64,000 bases of DNA from Candidatus Cloacimonadales bacterium (GTDB lineage Bacteria > Cloacimonadota > Cloacimonadia > Cloacimonadales > JAIOQZ01): assembly GCA_963662655.2 (NCBI GenBank), contig CAXXTU010000001.1, positions 1-64,000 on the forward strand. The letters run 5' to 3'. The translations under genes were made by a program, and so were the position numbers. Under the pieces are notes generated by a model, which ran no database searches, had not been told where the DNA came from, and was given only the letters and a program-made list of their open reading frames with translations. Positions 9,708 to 19,475 of the stretch are shown here, one piece after another (positions within the stretch are counted from its first letter, which is position 1; the number at the start of each line of letters is the position of its first letter).

Positions 9708-11270
9708 TTACTTGAGAATCATAACCTTGTGAGTTTGCTTGAAATTTCCGGTATTTATTCGTATGAAATAGACTCCACTTGCACAAGACAGTCCGTTATC
9801 GTCTTTTCCATCCCAGTATAATTGATGTACTCCGGTTGTAAAATTGCGTTTCGATGCCAGATTTCGTACACGTTGTCCTCTGATATTATAAACCGTCATT
9901 TCCGCTTGCGTTGGGCGAGACAGATTAAAGCTGATGGAAGTTCCAAAGCGGGAAGGATTTGGAAAGCAATTCATCAAAGTGGATTCAGGAGTGACTGTTT
10001 CATCATCGACACTCACATATTCTGGTGTGAGGATACGAAATCGCCAAGGGCCCCCATCATCACGCGTGCTGAGCAGAATATCGCCGTGACCGTCTCCGTT
10101 GTAATCCCCAATGAAATAACCCTCTTCGCCCCATGCATTCGGGTTATAATTCACACCATCGAAGATATAGGCTACTGATAGAATATCTTCAGAATCATAT
10201 TGAAATACATAGAACGTTGAGTCAATCGGCATTGAAACAGCAAGAAAATCTTGATTGTAGAAGTTCGTATAAAAGAAAGATCGAGCATTTGCATTATTGA
10301 ACGGTATTGGCAAAGCGAACAATGAATCGGAGAAGTCAATACTGCCAAACATCATGCTGGCAATACCCAGCCCACCTCTGAATGCTAAGTCAGAAAAACT
10401 GTCATTGTTGAAATCTCCTTTCATGGTTGAAAAACCGAAGTCCATATTCTCAGAGCCATAGATGTAGCTTGGTTCGGAATCAATCGTTGCTCCACCAAGA
10501 TAGATCGAGTATTCATTTCTCATCAATGCACTGATAGCAAGATCAGAGAAGCCATCACCATTGAAATCGCCAACGGCAACCTCTTCACCGAACATATCGC
10601 ATACATCACCCTGCTGGTGCCAGTCCACTTCCGTATCGAAGGTAGGGCCGCCATAGAAGACATCTACCTGTCCATAGAAGATTTCAGATGGACCGACAGA
10701 ACCTACGGCCAGGTCGTTATATCCGTCACCGTTCAGGTCGCCAGAGATATCGATGCTGATTCCGAATTCCAGACCCCAGGAATCGCTTGCGTAATCCGAT
10801 CCATCCAGCGCAATATCCGGTTCGGCTGGTAACTGGTCACCACCATAATAGATGTATACATAACCTTGCCCAATTGCACCAGCTTCGCTATCACTGACAA
10901 CAAGATCGTCGAAGCCATCACCGTTGATATCTCCATCATACGCGACTTTAAAAGCATAACACGTGTGGTTTTCGTCGTCTTCAGCCGGCTCATAAACGTA
11001 ATCTGCAATGATGTCCGGTTGTGCGCTACCCAAGTAAACATACATTACCCTATCCCACTGTTCTCCATCTATTGGACGACCGGAAATAACGATATCGGAA
11101 TAACCGTCACCGTTAAGATCACCATTACCGGATATCACTGAATTTAAGCTACCTTGGGTTGATGAACCTGTAACAGGTGAATCGAATATCATCATGGTCT
11201 CAAGCTGTTCTTGAGCGCACAGTGAAGTTATAAGAAGTGATATGGACAGTAACAGAAGCCAGAAGCGCAT
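9708..11270 (-). CDS. Secreted FG-GAP/integrin-like beta-propeller protein with CTD
   Basis: Signal peptide MRFWLLLL; repeated GDLNGDGYSD/GDINGDGFDD/GDFNGDGFSD; CTD CFPNPSR...YNIRGQ...SGVYF. Confidence 0.85.
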   Translation of the reverse strand: MRFWLLLLSISLLITSLCAQEQLETMMIFDSPVTGSSTQGSLNSVISGNGDLNGDGYSDIVISGRPIDGEQWDRVMYVYLGSAQPDIIADYVYEPAEDDENHTCYAFKVAYDGDINGDGFDDLVVSDSEAGAIGQGYVYIYYGGDQLPAEPDIALDGSDYASDSWGLEFGISIDISGDLNGDGYNDLAVGSVGPSEIFYGQVDVFYGGPTFDTEVDWHQQGDVCDMFGEEVAVGDFNGDGFSDLAISALMRNEYSIYLGGATIDSEPSYIYGSENMDFGFSTMKGDFNNDSFSDLAFRGGLGIASMMFGSIDFSDSLFALPIPFNNANARSFFYTNFYNQDFLAVSMPIDSTFYVFQYDSEDILSVAYIFDGVNYNPNAWGEEGYFIGDYNGDGHGDILLSTRDDGGPWRFRILTPEYVSVDDETVTPESTLMNCFPNPSRFGTSISFNLSRPTQAEMTVYNIRGQRVRNLASKRNFTTGVHQLYWDGKDDNGLSCASGVYFIRINTGNFKQTHKVMILK

Positions 11271-11449
11271 AGCACCCTCCCCTAAAATTATGAATCCTCC
11301 ATGCAGGATTTTAATATTTATTTGATGCATGTCAAGAAAGAAATTTATTCTCTATCTTCTATACGGAAAATAAACGAAAATGATTTATCTCAGAGATTGT
11401 TGAGCTCGTCAACTAACTGATAAAAGAGCATTTATCCCCTCTGAACCCC

Positions 11450-11477
11450 TTGACTTCCTGTGCGCGATCTTTATCGT
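11450..11477 (+). promoter_or_regulatory. Sigma70-type promoter upstream of ORF 11558
   Basis: TTGACT-N16-TATCGT, followed by an AAGGAG SD. Confidence 0.5.
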
Positions 11478-11557
11478 AGAGACATACTTAGGAGCACAAA
11501 GGAGACTTATGCGTTCCCAAGGGGAACGGCCCTTGCGGATCGCGAAGCGACCGCCCG

Positions 11558-11848
11558 ATGGAGACGAAAAAGACCACAGAGATCACCCCGAAGACGATGA
11601 TCATCAACGCGAAGATTTCAGGTAGCATGCGAGCTACTTTCAAGGATGAAGACGGCGAAGTAATGAAGAACTACGATGGCCCGGTTCCCGAGTTCATGCC
11701 GGAGCAGCACTGGGGAGATTACATCAACCTCGAAATCGACATCGAGACAGGCCGCATCCTTAACTGGGAAGCCCCCCGGCAAGACGTAGCCGATTTCATG
11801 AACGCACCTGAAAACGCCGCAGACTTCACCGACCCCGACACAGAATAA
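11558..11848 (+). CDS. Small acidic phage-type hypothetical protein
   Basis: YDGPVPEFMP...WGDYINLEIDIETGRILNW resembles small phage proteins (from recall); own promoter and downstream hairpin. Confidence 0.65.
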   Translation: METKKTTEITPKTMIINAKISGSMRATFKDEDGEVMKNYDGPVPEFMPEQHWGDYINLEIDIETGRILNWEAPRQDVADFMNAPENAADFTDPDTE

Positions 11849-11862
11849 GCCCCACAAACTTC

Positions 11863-11888
11863 GAAAACTGGCTTCGCTGCCAGTTTTC
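11863..11888. terminator. 10-bp hairpin between convergent genes, possibly a bidirectional terminator
   Basis: GAAAACTGGC-TTCGCT-GCCAGTTTTC. Confidence 0.55.
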
Positions 11889-11920
11889 ATCGTTGGTCCA
11901 ACTCCACTCCATCAAGTATC

Positions 11921-12799
11921 CTAAATCACCACCTCTGTCCCTGTCCTGCACTTCCAGTGAAACGGCGGGAAGGGCGTATGGCTACCTGAGACGCCCGTGG
12001 GCTTGCCGCCAGCGTTTCGCTCGATCTGGTCGTCGCTGACCCACGGCGCAAGCTCCTTCGTGCGTTCTCGCGCGGATTCGAGGCTGTGCTGCTTCGGATC
12101 GATGGCGAGCAGGTCTTCCATCACATCGAGCGCGTCGGAGAGCGGATAGACCTTGTTCTGCGCGGCAAGGGCGCGGCAGATATCCGACGTACGATCATCG
12201 AGGACGACCACCAGCCGGTAGTACCTTGCGCCGGCCTTGCGATACCCCTCCAGCCTTCCAAACTCCCGAATCCTCAGCGCGGTATGCTCCGCAAGCCCCT
12301 GCCAGTAGTGCTGCGACTTCGCGCCCAAGTCCTTGAACTGCTCCGCGAGCTTCTCTTGCAACATCTTTTTCGTGTAGCCTGACGCGACAGCCTCGGTCAG
12401 TGTGGAGCGAAACTTCTGCGAAATGTCCGTGCCGTAGCGTTCGCCGATCCAGAAAAGGTTCTGGCGGGTGATGACGGTCTCGAGACGCTTTTCACGCGCA
12501 CCGTACAAGCCGATGCGAGTGTTGTGCGGAACCTGCTTTTGCGCGTCGTTTAAGCCCGGCAGCATGCACCGCTGGATGTACGCCTTCGTCTCGGCTCGCA
12601 CAGCGGACGAAAAATCCTCGCCGAGGTTGGAGTCAATGACGGCGAGAACGTCGTCGATATGGGTGCGATTGAGCCGCTCGTGACGTGGAATGTCCGACAA
12701 CGCCCTGATGGCCTGCATCGCCGACTCGCGCACCTCGCGCTGCCAGGCGTTGTTGAGGACGCGGTAGTACTCGAGCATGATGCGGTCGAAGTAGGTCAA
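11921..12799 (-). CDS. Phage head morphogenesis protein (Mu gpF/SPP1 gp7 family)
   Basis: LDDRTSDIC...L and PPFHWKCRT motifs; probable TTG start overlapping the terminase stop (TTGA); the upstream ORF extension is spurious. Confidence 0.85.
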   Translation of the reverse strand: MTYFDRIMLEYYRVLNNAWQREVRESAMQAIRALSDIPRHERLNRTHIDDVLAVIDSNLGEDFSSAVRAETKAYIQRCMLPGLNDAQKQVPHNTRIGLYGAREKRLETVITRQNLFWIGERYGTDISQKFRSTLTEAVASGYTKKMLQEKLAEQFKDLGAKSQHYWQGLAEHTALRIREFGRLEGYRKAGARYYRLVVVLDDRTSDICRALAAQNKVYPLSDALDVMEDLLAIDPKQHSLESARERTKELAPWVSDDQIERNAGGKPTGVSGSHTPFPPFHWKCRTGTEVVI

Positions 12800-14399
12800 A
12801 ACCGGAAGCTCCGAACTCTGGTTCTGTTGCGGCCGGTGTCGTATTCGGGGAAGCGTTCGAGGCAGCCTGCGAGGGCGTCCGGGCCATCGACGTAGCCCTG
12901 CGGATAGGTGAGGAACTGGCTGACGAGGGTCGGCGTGTCCTGCCCGTCGGGAAAGACGACCTTGCCGGTCTCGATGACGGTGTCCACGCGCTCGATGCGC
13001 AGAGCCTTGTTGCGGTCGTTGTTGACGCGCCGGATACGGTGCGAGATGGGATTGCGCCCGTTCTCGCGGCACCAGCGGTCGAAGTCGGCGAGGATGCGGT
13101 GCTGCCCGTAATTGGTCTCCATCGCGGCGCGGAAGCGGACCCCGAAGCGGTGCGACAGCTCGTCGCAGGCGTCGTAGTAGAACTGGAAGAAACGCGAGTT
13201 TTCGGTCTGGCGCACCCAGCAGTGGATCATGTAGAACTTCAAGCCGTCGTAGCCCAGGGAGATTATGGCTTTGTAGCAGCCTGTTTGAACGAAGTGAAAA
13301 CCGCCAGCGCCAGGTTTTTGCGAAGCAAAATACCGAGAGCGACTACCTTTAATGCTGGGTCGGCGTACATCCAGACGCGCTTCATGCGCTTGGGCAGGTG
13401 TGAATACCGCTTGAACCAGTGGTGCTTGAACATGTTGCCCTCGATCACCGGCACGCCGAGAAACTCGCGCTGATAGCCCGTGTGACCGAACTTGCGGCGC
13501 AGCAAAGGCAGCTCGCTGGTCGGGTACTGCTTTTCCCAGACCGACTTGCCGTCATCGGTTTCCAGAGAGAAGCGCAGCAGCCGCCTTCCCTCTGCGAACA
13601 GATGCTGGATGTCGTCCGGATTGAAGGAGTCGTTGTCGGACTTGATCTCCTCGACGATCGACTCCATGAACTGGCATATCGCGTAGTTGGGGTGGACGAG
13701 GTTGCCGAGCCAGATCACCTTGCCCGTACCAGATGGATCGAGCGCGCCGCCGATCTCCTGCACGATCTTGTCCATGCGCCGCCTGCCGATGGTCTGGTTC
13801 CCGACGTTCTCTTCCTTGTCGATGTCGTCACAGACGATCAGGCCGGGGCGCGTGGAGGTGCGGGGATTGATCGAGCCGCGAAAGGATTGCTTCACACCTC
13901 GTGCGCGAATACGGCAGCGGTTGCGGAGGTAGAAATCATCCTCGGTCGTGTCGATGGGACGCAGGTCGTCGAAGTCGCCGAGAAGCCGCTTGTTGTTGGT
14001 CAGCTCGTTGAAGGTGAACGCCGTCCTCTCCTCCGCCAGATCGACGTCGGCGGCCGTGTGGATCACGTACCTCTCGCCCTTGATCACCCGCCAGATCGGA
14101 TAGACGACGCCCATGAGCACGGTCTTGCCCAAGCCGCGAAATCCCGTGATGGCGGTAACGCCGCTCTCGGCTTCCACCACCTCGAACATCTCGCGGTGAC
14201 AGTCACAGAAGGGGTGCTCGAAGATATGCGGGAAGTAGCTGCAGCAGAAGAAGGAAAAGGACGACCAACCCTCGCCTGTGGCGCGTTCGATGCGCGCCTT
14301 GCGAGCTTGCGGGGAGTCGTCGGGGAAGGGTTTGACCGACGGTGTCTTCGCCGCGACGGAAGTGAAGAAGCGCAGGTCTTTCTGGGTCGGTTTAGGCAT
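12796..14399 (-). pseudogene. terL: Terminase large subunit (Mu gp28-like), split by a frameshift plus a 66-bp insertion at 13280-13352
   Basis: Walker A GFRGLGKT, Walker B LIVCDD, nuclease YADPA in ORF 13263..14399; continuation GCYKAIISLGYDG...DGPDALA lies in the -1 frame (ORF 12796..13242 extended upstream). Confidence 0.85.
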
Positions 14400-14850
14400 G
14401 GCTGGCGCGACTCATGAAGTAGGCCACGAGCCCGTCGTCGCCGAGTATCTCGCGCTGAATGGCTTTGGCAGTCGCTTCGTCGCCGCGAGCGTGGTAGAAA
14501 TCGATCTGCCAGTCCAGGAACCGCTTCATGTGGTCGATCAAGTCCTTACTCGGCTCCAGCTCCTTCTGATACTGCTTCAGGAGCGATACCAACGACTGCA
14601 GCGCCGTGTCCTGCGGGTTGTCGGCGTACTGCTTGAGGGCCATCAGGAGGGCGCGGCGGATGTTGAGCCGAATCTTCGCGTCGAGAGTTTCGAGCTCGTC
14701 CAGCTCGTCACGCCAGCCGCCCTCCCTGATCCACTTGCGCACCGTCTTGGGCGTGACGCTGAGCACGTCGGCCAGCTCGCGCACGACAGTCCGCCCCGCG
14801 AGGAACATCTCGCGGCAGCTTTCGCGTTTGGCTTCGTAGTTTTCGGCCAT
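14392..14850 (-). CDS. Probable terminase small subunit (N-terminal HTH)
   Basis: MAENYEAK start (TGATG coupling); HTH ELADVLSVTPKTVRKW...W; directly upstream of terL. Confidence 0.7.
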   Translation of the reverse strand: MAENYEAKRESCREMFLAGRTVVRELADVLSVTPKTVRKWIREGGWRDELDELETLDAKIRLNIRRALLMALKQYADNPQDTALQSLVSLLKQYQKELEPSKDLIDHMKRFLDWQIDFYHARGDEATAKAIQREILGDDGLVAYFMSRASHA

Positions 14851-15065
14851 CACTCGTTCAGCGGGTCGACCTGATGCGTCGCCAGATAACTGTTCAGGGA
14901 CTGCCCGTGGACTCGAAGCTGACCATTCGACTTCAGCCTGAAAGCGGGTAGCGGATCCTCTATGCTGCGGATCATCCGGTAGACCGTCGAGATGTTGACG
15001 TTCAGGCATCCCGCGATTTCATCCGGTCGGTAACAGCGTTTTTCATCAAATACTTGCATCTTCAT
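14850..15065 (-). CDS. Small excisionase-like HTH DNA-binding protein
   Basis: YRPDEIAGCLNVNISTVYRMI...LPAFR...QLRV. Confidence 0.75.
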   Translation of the reverse strand: MKMQVFDEKRCYRPDEIAGCLNVNISTVYRMIRSIEDPLPAFRLKSNGQLRVHGQSLNSYLATHQVDPLNE

Positions 15066-15133
15066 ACCTCTATGTCGAACGTAAGAAAAACTCGCGCCGG
15101 TGACAACGCGAGTTGAACGCTCCTGCCACTATA

Positions 15134-15730
15134 TCAGATCGAGCTGAAGTTGAGCGGGATGAGCTTGAAAGGTGCATCAACGCTTTCTCGCTGGTAGAAT
15201 GCGAGATACTGGCGCGTCGAGGTGACCTGAATCGCCTTGTCGATGAGCTCCATCGCGTCTTTCCAGTTGGCGTCCTTGATGTTGTAGCGACGCAGACCGA
15301 GGATGCGATGCTTGGCGATTTGCCCCTTCTTGTCGACCTGAAACGCCTCGTTGATGATGGCGCGGAGGTTGATGTTCGAGTCTTGCGACCAGCGTTTCAG
15401 GCATTCGTCGATCTTCTGTTTCGCGAGTTGCAGCTCTACGCCGAAGGTGATGCGTTCTCGATTGCGGACTTCCACCTTGAACAGTCCATCGAAGCTGACC
15501 AGTTCGGCGTTGCCCTTCCACGTCTCGTCGTACTGCGCGGCGAGGTCGTCGAGGTACTTCTCGATTTCCGTGGACATGCGTTCTTTCTCGTTGGTAATGC
15601 TGCCATGCAATCGCAGAGCACGCTTCATCACCTTCTGGACAATGCGGTCGCGCTTGACGATAGCGGGATCGAGGATGCTGGCGGGATACTCGCGCCCCTC
15701 GGCGTCGGTGAGAGTTCTGGTCTTGGCCAT
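15134..15730 (-). CDS. DUF3164-family transposable-phage protein
   Basis: KGNAELVSFDG...KVE...I.FG.ELQLAK..IDECL..W...AFQVDKKG...Y..FY.R...IPLNFS. Confidence 0.85.
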   Translation of the reverse strand: MAKTRTLTDAEGREYPASILDPAIVKRDRIVQKVMKRALRLHGSITNEKERMSTEIEKYLDDLAAQYDETWKGNAELVSFDGLFKVEVRNRERITFGVELQLAKQKIDECLKRWSQDSNINLRAIINEAFQVDKKGQIAKHRILGLRRYNIKDANWKDAMELIDKAIQVTSTRQYLAFYQRESVDAPFKLIPLNFSSI

Positions 15731-15741
15731 AATCTATCTCC

Positions 15742-16113
15742 TTATGCGGATTGTTTTTTCTTCTTCAGCATGGCGATAACGCCGCGCCGTTCGTGCTCGG
15801 TGAGAGCGTTGAAATGGGTTTTGCTGTAGCGTTTGAGCAGGTATTTCTGCATGTCGGCCTGTGACCAGCCGAGTTCCTTCATCAGCGCGTGCATGAGGCG
15901 TCCCTGCGGTTCGTACACGGCTCGAGGATGGACGTTACCGGTGAGGTGTCCTTTGAGCTTCTTCAGCCGGTCGATGCTCAGCTTGCGCAGCGACGCACCG
16001 AATCCCCAGTGCACCATCACCACGTGCAACTCGTCCATGCTCCAGCCGTGCTTCTTGATGGCAATCGCGGCTATCTCGCGTCGCAGGAAACGTGCATATT
16101 CATCTTTGGTCAC
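15742..16113 (-). CDS. Phage hypothetical protein, possibly GemA/gp16-like
   Basis: Position in the early operon; SLRKLS..L and LTEHE...VI..LK pattern. Confidence 0.55.
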   Translation of the reverse strand: MTKDEYARFLRREIAAIAIKKHGWSMDELHVVMVHWGFGASLRKLSIDRLKKLKGHLTGNVHPRAVYEPQGRLMHALMKELGWSQADMQKYLLKRYSKTHFNALTEHERRGVIAMLKKKKQSA

Positions 16114-16732
16114 GTTCCCGCTCCTCTTTCATGCCGTACAATCGGCTCTGGATTTGCCATAGTTCACCGTTACTCATGTTTGATAATTCTTGCGGTACTT
16201 CAACTTGATTAAGTCGGCTTAAATACTTGATGTCGGCCAGCATGCATCCTCTGTCGTCACTGCTCGACTCGACTCTTTTCCCTTTGTAATAACTGTAGGG
16301 ACGAAGCGTGGGTTTGAATTCCAAAGGCTTGTAGAGATTGCCCCACTTCTCGATACAACCGTCCATCACAAGGACACGAATATAGCGATAGATCGTCTCC
16401 TGGCACATGTTCGCGTGACGGAGTATCTCATCGATGTGGGTGTGCTTCCCTACAAGGTCATAGACTTCTTTCAACTTGCTCTTTCTCGGCAGCCAATCGT
16501 ATTGCTTCCCGCTTCTCTGCTTGCCGATGGCAACAGGTTTGCCGTAGATGTTTCCTGATTGTTCGCGCATCAGTACTCGAATCCTGCCTGCTTGAACCAA
16601 TTGCGGCAGCAGATTACGCACAGTCTTGGGATGCAGTCCGGTATCATTGGCGACATCCTTCACGGTGAAGGGTCGCTTATGATACTCGACGAAGCGGTCG
16701 ATGATACGTCTGGCAGGGATGTTAGGATGCAT
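16100..16732 (-). CDS. Phage protein with two winged-HTH-like regions
   Basis: FTVKDVANDTGLHPKTVRNLLPQLVQAGRI; second ETIYRYIRVLVMDGCI; overlaps neighbours. Confidence 0.7.
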   Translation of the reverse strand: MHPNIPARRIIDRFVEYHKRPFTVKDVANDTGLHPKTVRNLLPQLVQAGRIRVLMREQSGNIYGKPVAIGKQRSGKQYDWLPRKSKLKEVYDLVGKHTHIDEILRHANMCQETIYRYIRVLVMDGCIEKWGNLYKPLEFKPTLRPYSYYKGKRVESSSDDRGCMLADIKYLSRLNQVEVPQELSNMSNGELWQIQSRLYGMKEERERDQR

Positions 16733-17456
16733 TTTTCAATTCCTGCGTTTCTTGCAGATCGTTTAGCGAAACTTCAGTGAGTTGCTTGGCGGCGGCGACC
16801 TTCTCGACAACCTCAAATATTTTGATGATCCGACGGAAGTTACCGTGGGTTGTCTTGTGAATGTACGTCACCAAGTCGGAGCGCATCTTCACCTCGGAGA
16901 CAGCTTTGCAGACCAGATCGACATCCTCTCGTGATAACTTCTTGAATTCGTAGAAATAGTTACATCTGTCGAAGTAGTGCGCGTTGGCTTTGAGCAGCTT
17001 CTCTTTCGCGTCCTTCATACCGACCAGCACCACGATGGCGAGCGTCTCATCGACGATGTCGCGTATCGATCCGAGAAGCATCGGCTGGTTGAAGGCGTAG
17101 TCGATTTCATCGATGACGATAACGGCGTCCGGATGTGCCTGCAGCTCGTTGATACAGCGACGGAATAGCGTACTCGTCGAGCCGTGATAGCCTTCGTCCG
17201 AGACGTCGTACCGGTAATGCAGCAGTCGAAGCAGCTCGCGCGCGAAGACCTTCGCCGTCATCGACGCCTCGAGCCGCAGGTAAATGCAGTCGTTGGTGTA
17301 GGCGAGTCGCTTTGCGAAGCGGGTCTTACCCAGTCCCGGCGCGCCATAGAGCAGTCCGAGACCCACCATTTCGGTCTTCGGTCGGTCCTGCAAGTAGGCG
17401 ATACACTTCTTCGCGCCGCGCACGTTTTCGGTTTCCGCTAAAATTCTCTCTCTCAT
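16722..17456 (-). CDS. MuB-like AAA+ transposition ATPase
   Basis: GAPGLGKT Walker A, VIDEID Walker B, IRDIVD, VLVG, GNFR; directly downstream of the transposase. Confidence 0.9.
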   Translation of the reverse strand: MRERILAETENVRGAKKCIAYLQDRPKTEMVGLGLLYGAPGLGKTRFAKRLAYTNDCIYLRLEASMTAKVFARELLRLLHYRYDVSDEGYHGSTSTLFRRCINELQAHPDAVIVIDEIDYAFNQPMLLGSIRDIVDETLAIVVLVGMKDAKEKLLKANAHYFDRCNYFYEFKKLSREDVDLVCKAVSEVKMRSDLVTYIHKTTHGNFRRIIKIFEVVEKVAAAKQLTEVSLNDLQETQELKNAS

Positions 17457-17468
17457 GTATGTACCTCC

Positions 17469-19475
17469 CTATCCTATTCCTATTGCTTTCATCAGTTCTT
17501 CAAAGTTGAGCTCTTCATCCTCGCGAGGCTTTGTATCAAGCTGGATGTTCTCACCCTCCACCGACGCCTTCACGATATCGTCGATGGTAAGTTCAGGCTC
17601 CGGCTGCTCGATCAGCGGCTGGTCTGCGAAAATCTCGCCAATCTCTTCGGTCATCGGCTGCTGTATCTGGCCGACGGCTTCATTGACCTTGAGCTGTATC
17701 TTCTCGGATGACTCCTGCACGTTCTTTTCGAGCTTGCGAATGCTTTGCAGTTCCTTCTGAAGAGCCTTCTGAGCTTGTGGCTTGTCCTTGGCGAGATGGA
17801 TGAACGGATGCTGGTGCCGACGCGCTTCCGCCTGACAAATGAAGCGGTTTTTCGCGTCGTAGATGAGCACCGACCGCATGTCCATCAGATCGTAGCGTAT
17901 CGTGACCTTATCGCCGATGTGCTGAATCAACTCGTCGTGCCAGAAGTGAATGTTGCTGAAGCGTACTCCGGATGCCTGCACCACGCGGTCCGTGGCCGCG
18001 AGCATTAGGAAGTTGAGCTGAGTCAGGTCGATTTGCTGTTCCGCCGGTATCACCGCTTCGTGGAAAACCTCGAATGGCTTGCGTCCGCCGATTCCAGTGT
18101 GCGGCGTCAGTCCGTACATCTTCTCGATGTAGAGACCGATCATCGCCTTCGCTTGCGGAATGGTCAGCGGCTTGCCTTCGAAGATGTTGCGCACCCACTT
18201 CTCGTTGCGCTTGAGCGTCGCCGGTTTGTCGTCGATGGAGCCGCCCCGGAAGGTGCTCATGTAGCGTTCGAAGTCGTCTTGAAAGGTTCGGAAGAACCGC
18301 TCGACCACCTTGGCGCGCGCGTTGTAAGCCTTGGCAAACGCCACGCCGATGCCGAGTCGCGGGAAGATACCCTCCAACTCCTTGCTGAGGTCGTGCTTCT
18401 CCCAATGCTTGTTGAACAGTTTGCTCCGGAACGCTTTGCCATTATCGAGATACACGTACTTCGGCTTGCCGCCCCAGTGCATGATCGAGTTGCGTAACGC
18501 GAGCAACACATGCTGAGAATCTTCCGAGACCGCCAACGATGCTCCCACCGGGTAACGGGAAGCCCAGTCGAAGAACATGATCATCGTCATGCGCCTGGGC
18601 TTTCCGGTAGCCGGATCGATGATGTCGAAAGCAAGTTTATGCCCGTCGGCAACCCAGACGTCGCCGACCTCGAGTTCGTCACTGCGAAGGATGCTGAGGA
18701 TGCCGGTCTCCTTCAGCGACTTCTTGCCGTTACGAAGTAAGTTCCACTCAGGCTTGTGGCTGTCGCGCCACTCCTCACACCAGCGGCGTAGCGTCCTTTC
18801 GCTCGATGGTGACTCCAGCTTCTGCAAGGTTTCCATCTGCTTCAGCTTGCGGATGGCCGACCCGATGGATATGCGATTGGGGTTGAGCAGCAGGTGCAGC
18901 AGGAAGTTCTGTTCGGTCTCTGTCGCCTTACGTGTGGCTTCCGCGACCGTGTACTTGCGGATGAGCGACCTGGCGTCTCGTCCCGCTTTGACGTAGTTCC
19001 GCACCCAACGACGCAATGTCCGCTCGCCGCGATGTCCCTCGACCACGTACAGCTCCGGCATGAAGCGTCTGTCGTTGTAAGCTTCGACGATTGTCTTCCA
19101 CGCATCCGTCTTGGAGTCAGCCCGACTCAGGACTTCAAGAATGGCGTCGCAGAGCTGCGCACGCAGATGCGCCTGCTCCTGAAAATGCATGGGTTCGGTG
19201 TGCCTGGGGCGCAGGTCGGGTATCGTCTCGTCCCGTAGAGCTGGTACCGAAATCGAGACTGACTCTTCTTGTTCGTCCTCTTCTGAATCGTGTGCTGTTT
19301 CTGGCTCTGTCGGCGTCTCAGTCCTCTCATCTGGGACAGCATACAGCTTGCGACGCCCTCCCTGCGGCAAGGTCTCGTAGCGTGACTCCCATCCCTTCTC
19401 CCGCGCTATCTTGACTGCTGTCGGACGTGATACGTTCAACATGTCCTGCAATTCCGAGCATGTCATCCAATTCAT
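17469..19475 (-). CDS. MuA-like DDE transposase
   Basis: N-terminal Mu-type wHTH (REKGW...GGRRKLY); DDE triad WVADGH / YLDNGKAF / KVVERFF; C-terminal IRYD..D...V.IY. Confidence 0.92.
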   Translation of the reverse strand: MNWMTCSELQDMLNVSRPTAVKIAREKGWESRYETLPQGGRRKLYAVPDERTETPTEPETAHDSEEDEQEESVSISVPALRDETIPDLRPRHTEPMHFQEQAHLRAQLCDAILEVLSRADSKTDAWKTIVEAYNDRRFMPELYVVEGHRGERTLRRWVRNYVKAGRDARSLIRKYTVAEATRKATETEQNFLLHLLLNPNRISIGSAIRKLKQMETLQKLESPSSERTLRRWCEEWRDSHKPEWNLLRNGKKSLKETGILSILRSDELEVGDVWVADGHKLAFDIIDPATGKPRRMTMIMFFDWASRYPVGASLAVSEDSQHVLLALRNSIMHWGGKPKYVYLDNGKAFRSKLFNKHWEKHDLSKELEGIFPRLGIGVAFAKAYNARAKVVERFFRTFQDDFERYMSTFRGGSIDDKPATLKRNEKWVRNIFEGKPLTIPQAKAMIGLYIEKMYGLTPHTGIGGRKPFEVFHEAVIPAEQQIDLTQLNFLMLAATDRVVQASGVRFSNIHFWHDELIQHIGDKVTIRYDLMDMRSVLIYDAKNRFICQAEARRHQHPFIHLAKDKPQAQKALQKELQSIRKLEKNVQESSEKIQLKVNEAVGQIQQPMTEEIGEIFADQPLIEQPEPELTIDDIVKASVEGENIQLDTKPREDEELNFEELMKAIGIG

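Noticed and set aside
12800..13072. N-terminal extension of ORF 11921..13072
   Set aside because: Alternative-frame overlap with the terminase C-terminus; low-complexity R/P-rich translation
13283..13345. Self-splicing intron or intein in terL
   Set aside because: 63 bp is far too short for a group I/II core; no intein Cys/His-Asn termini
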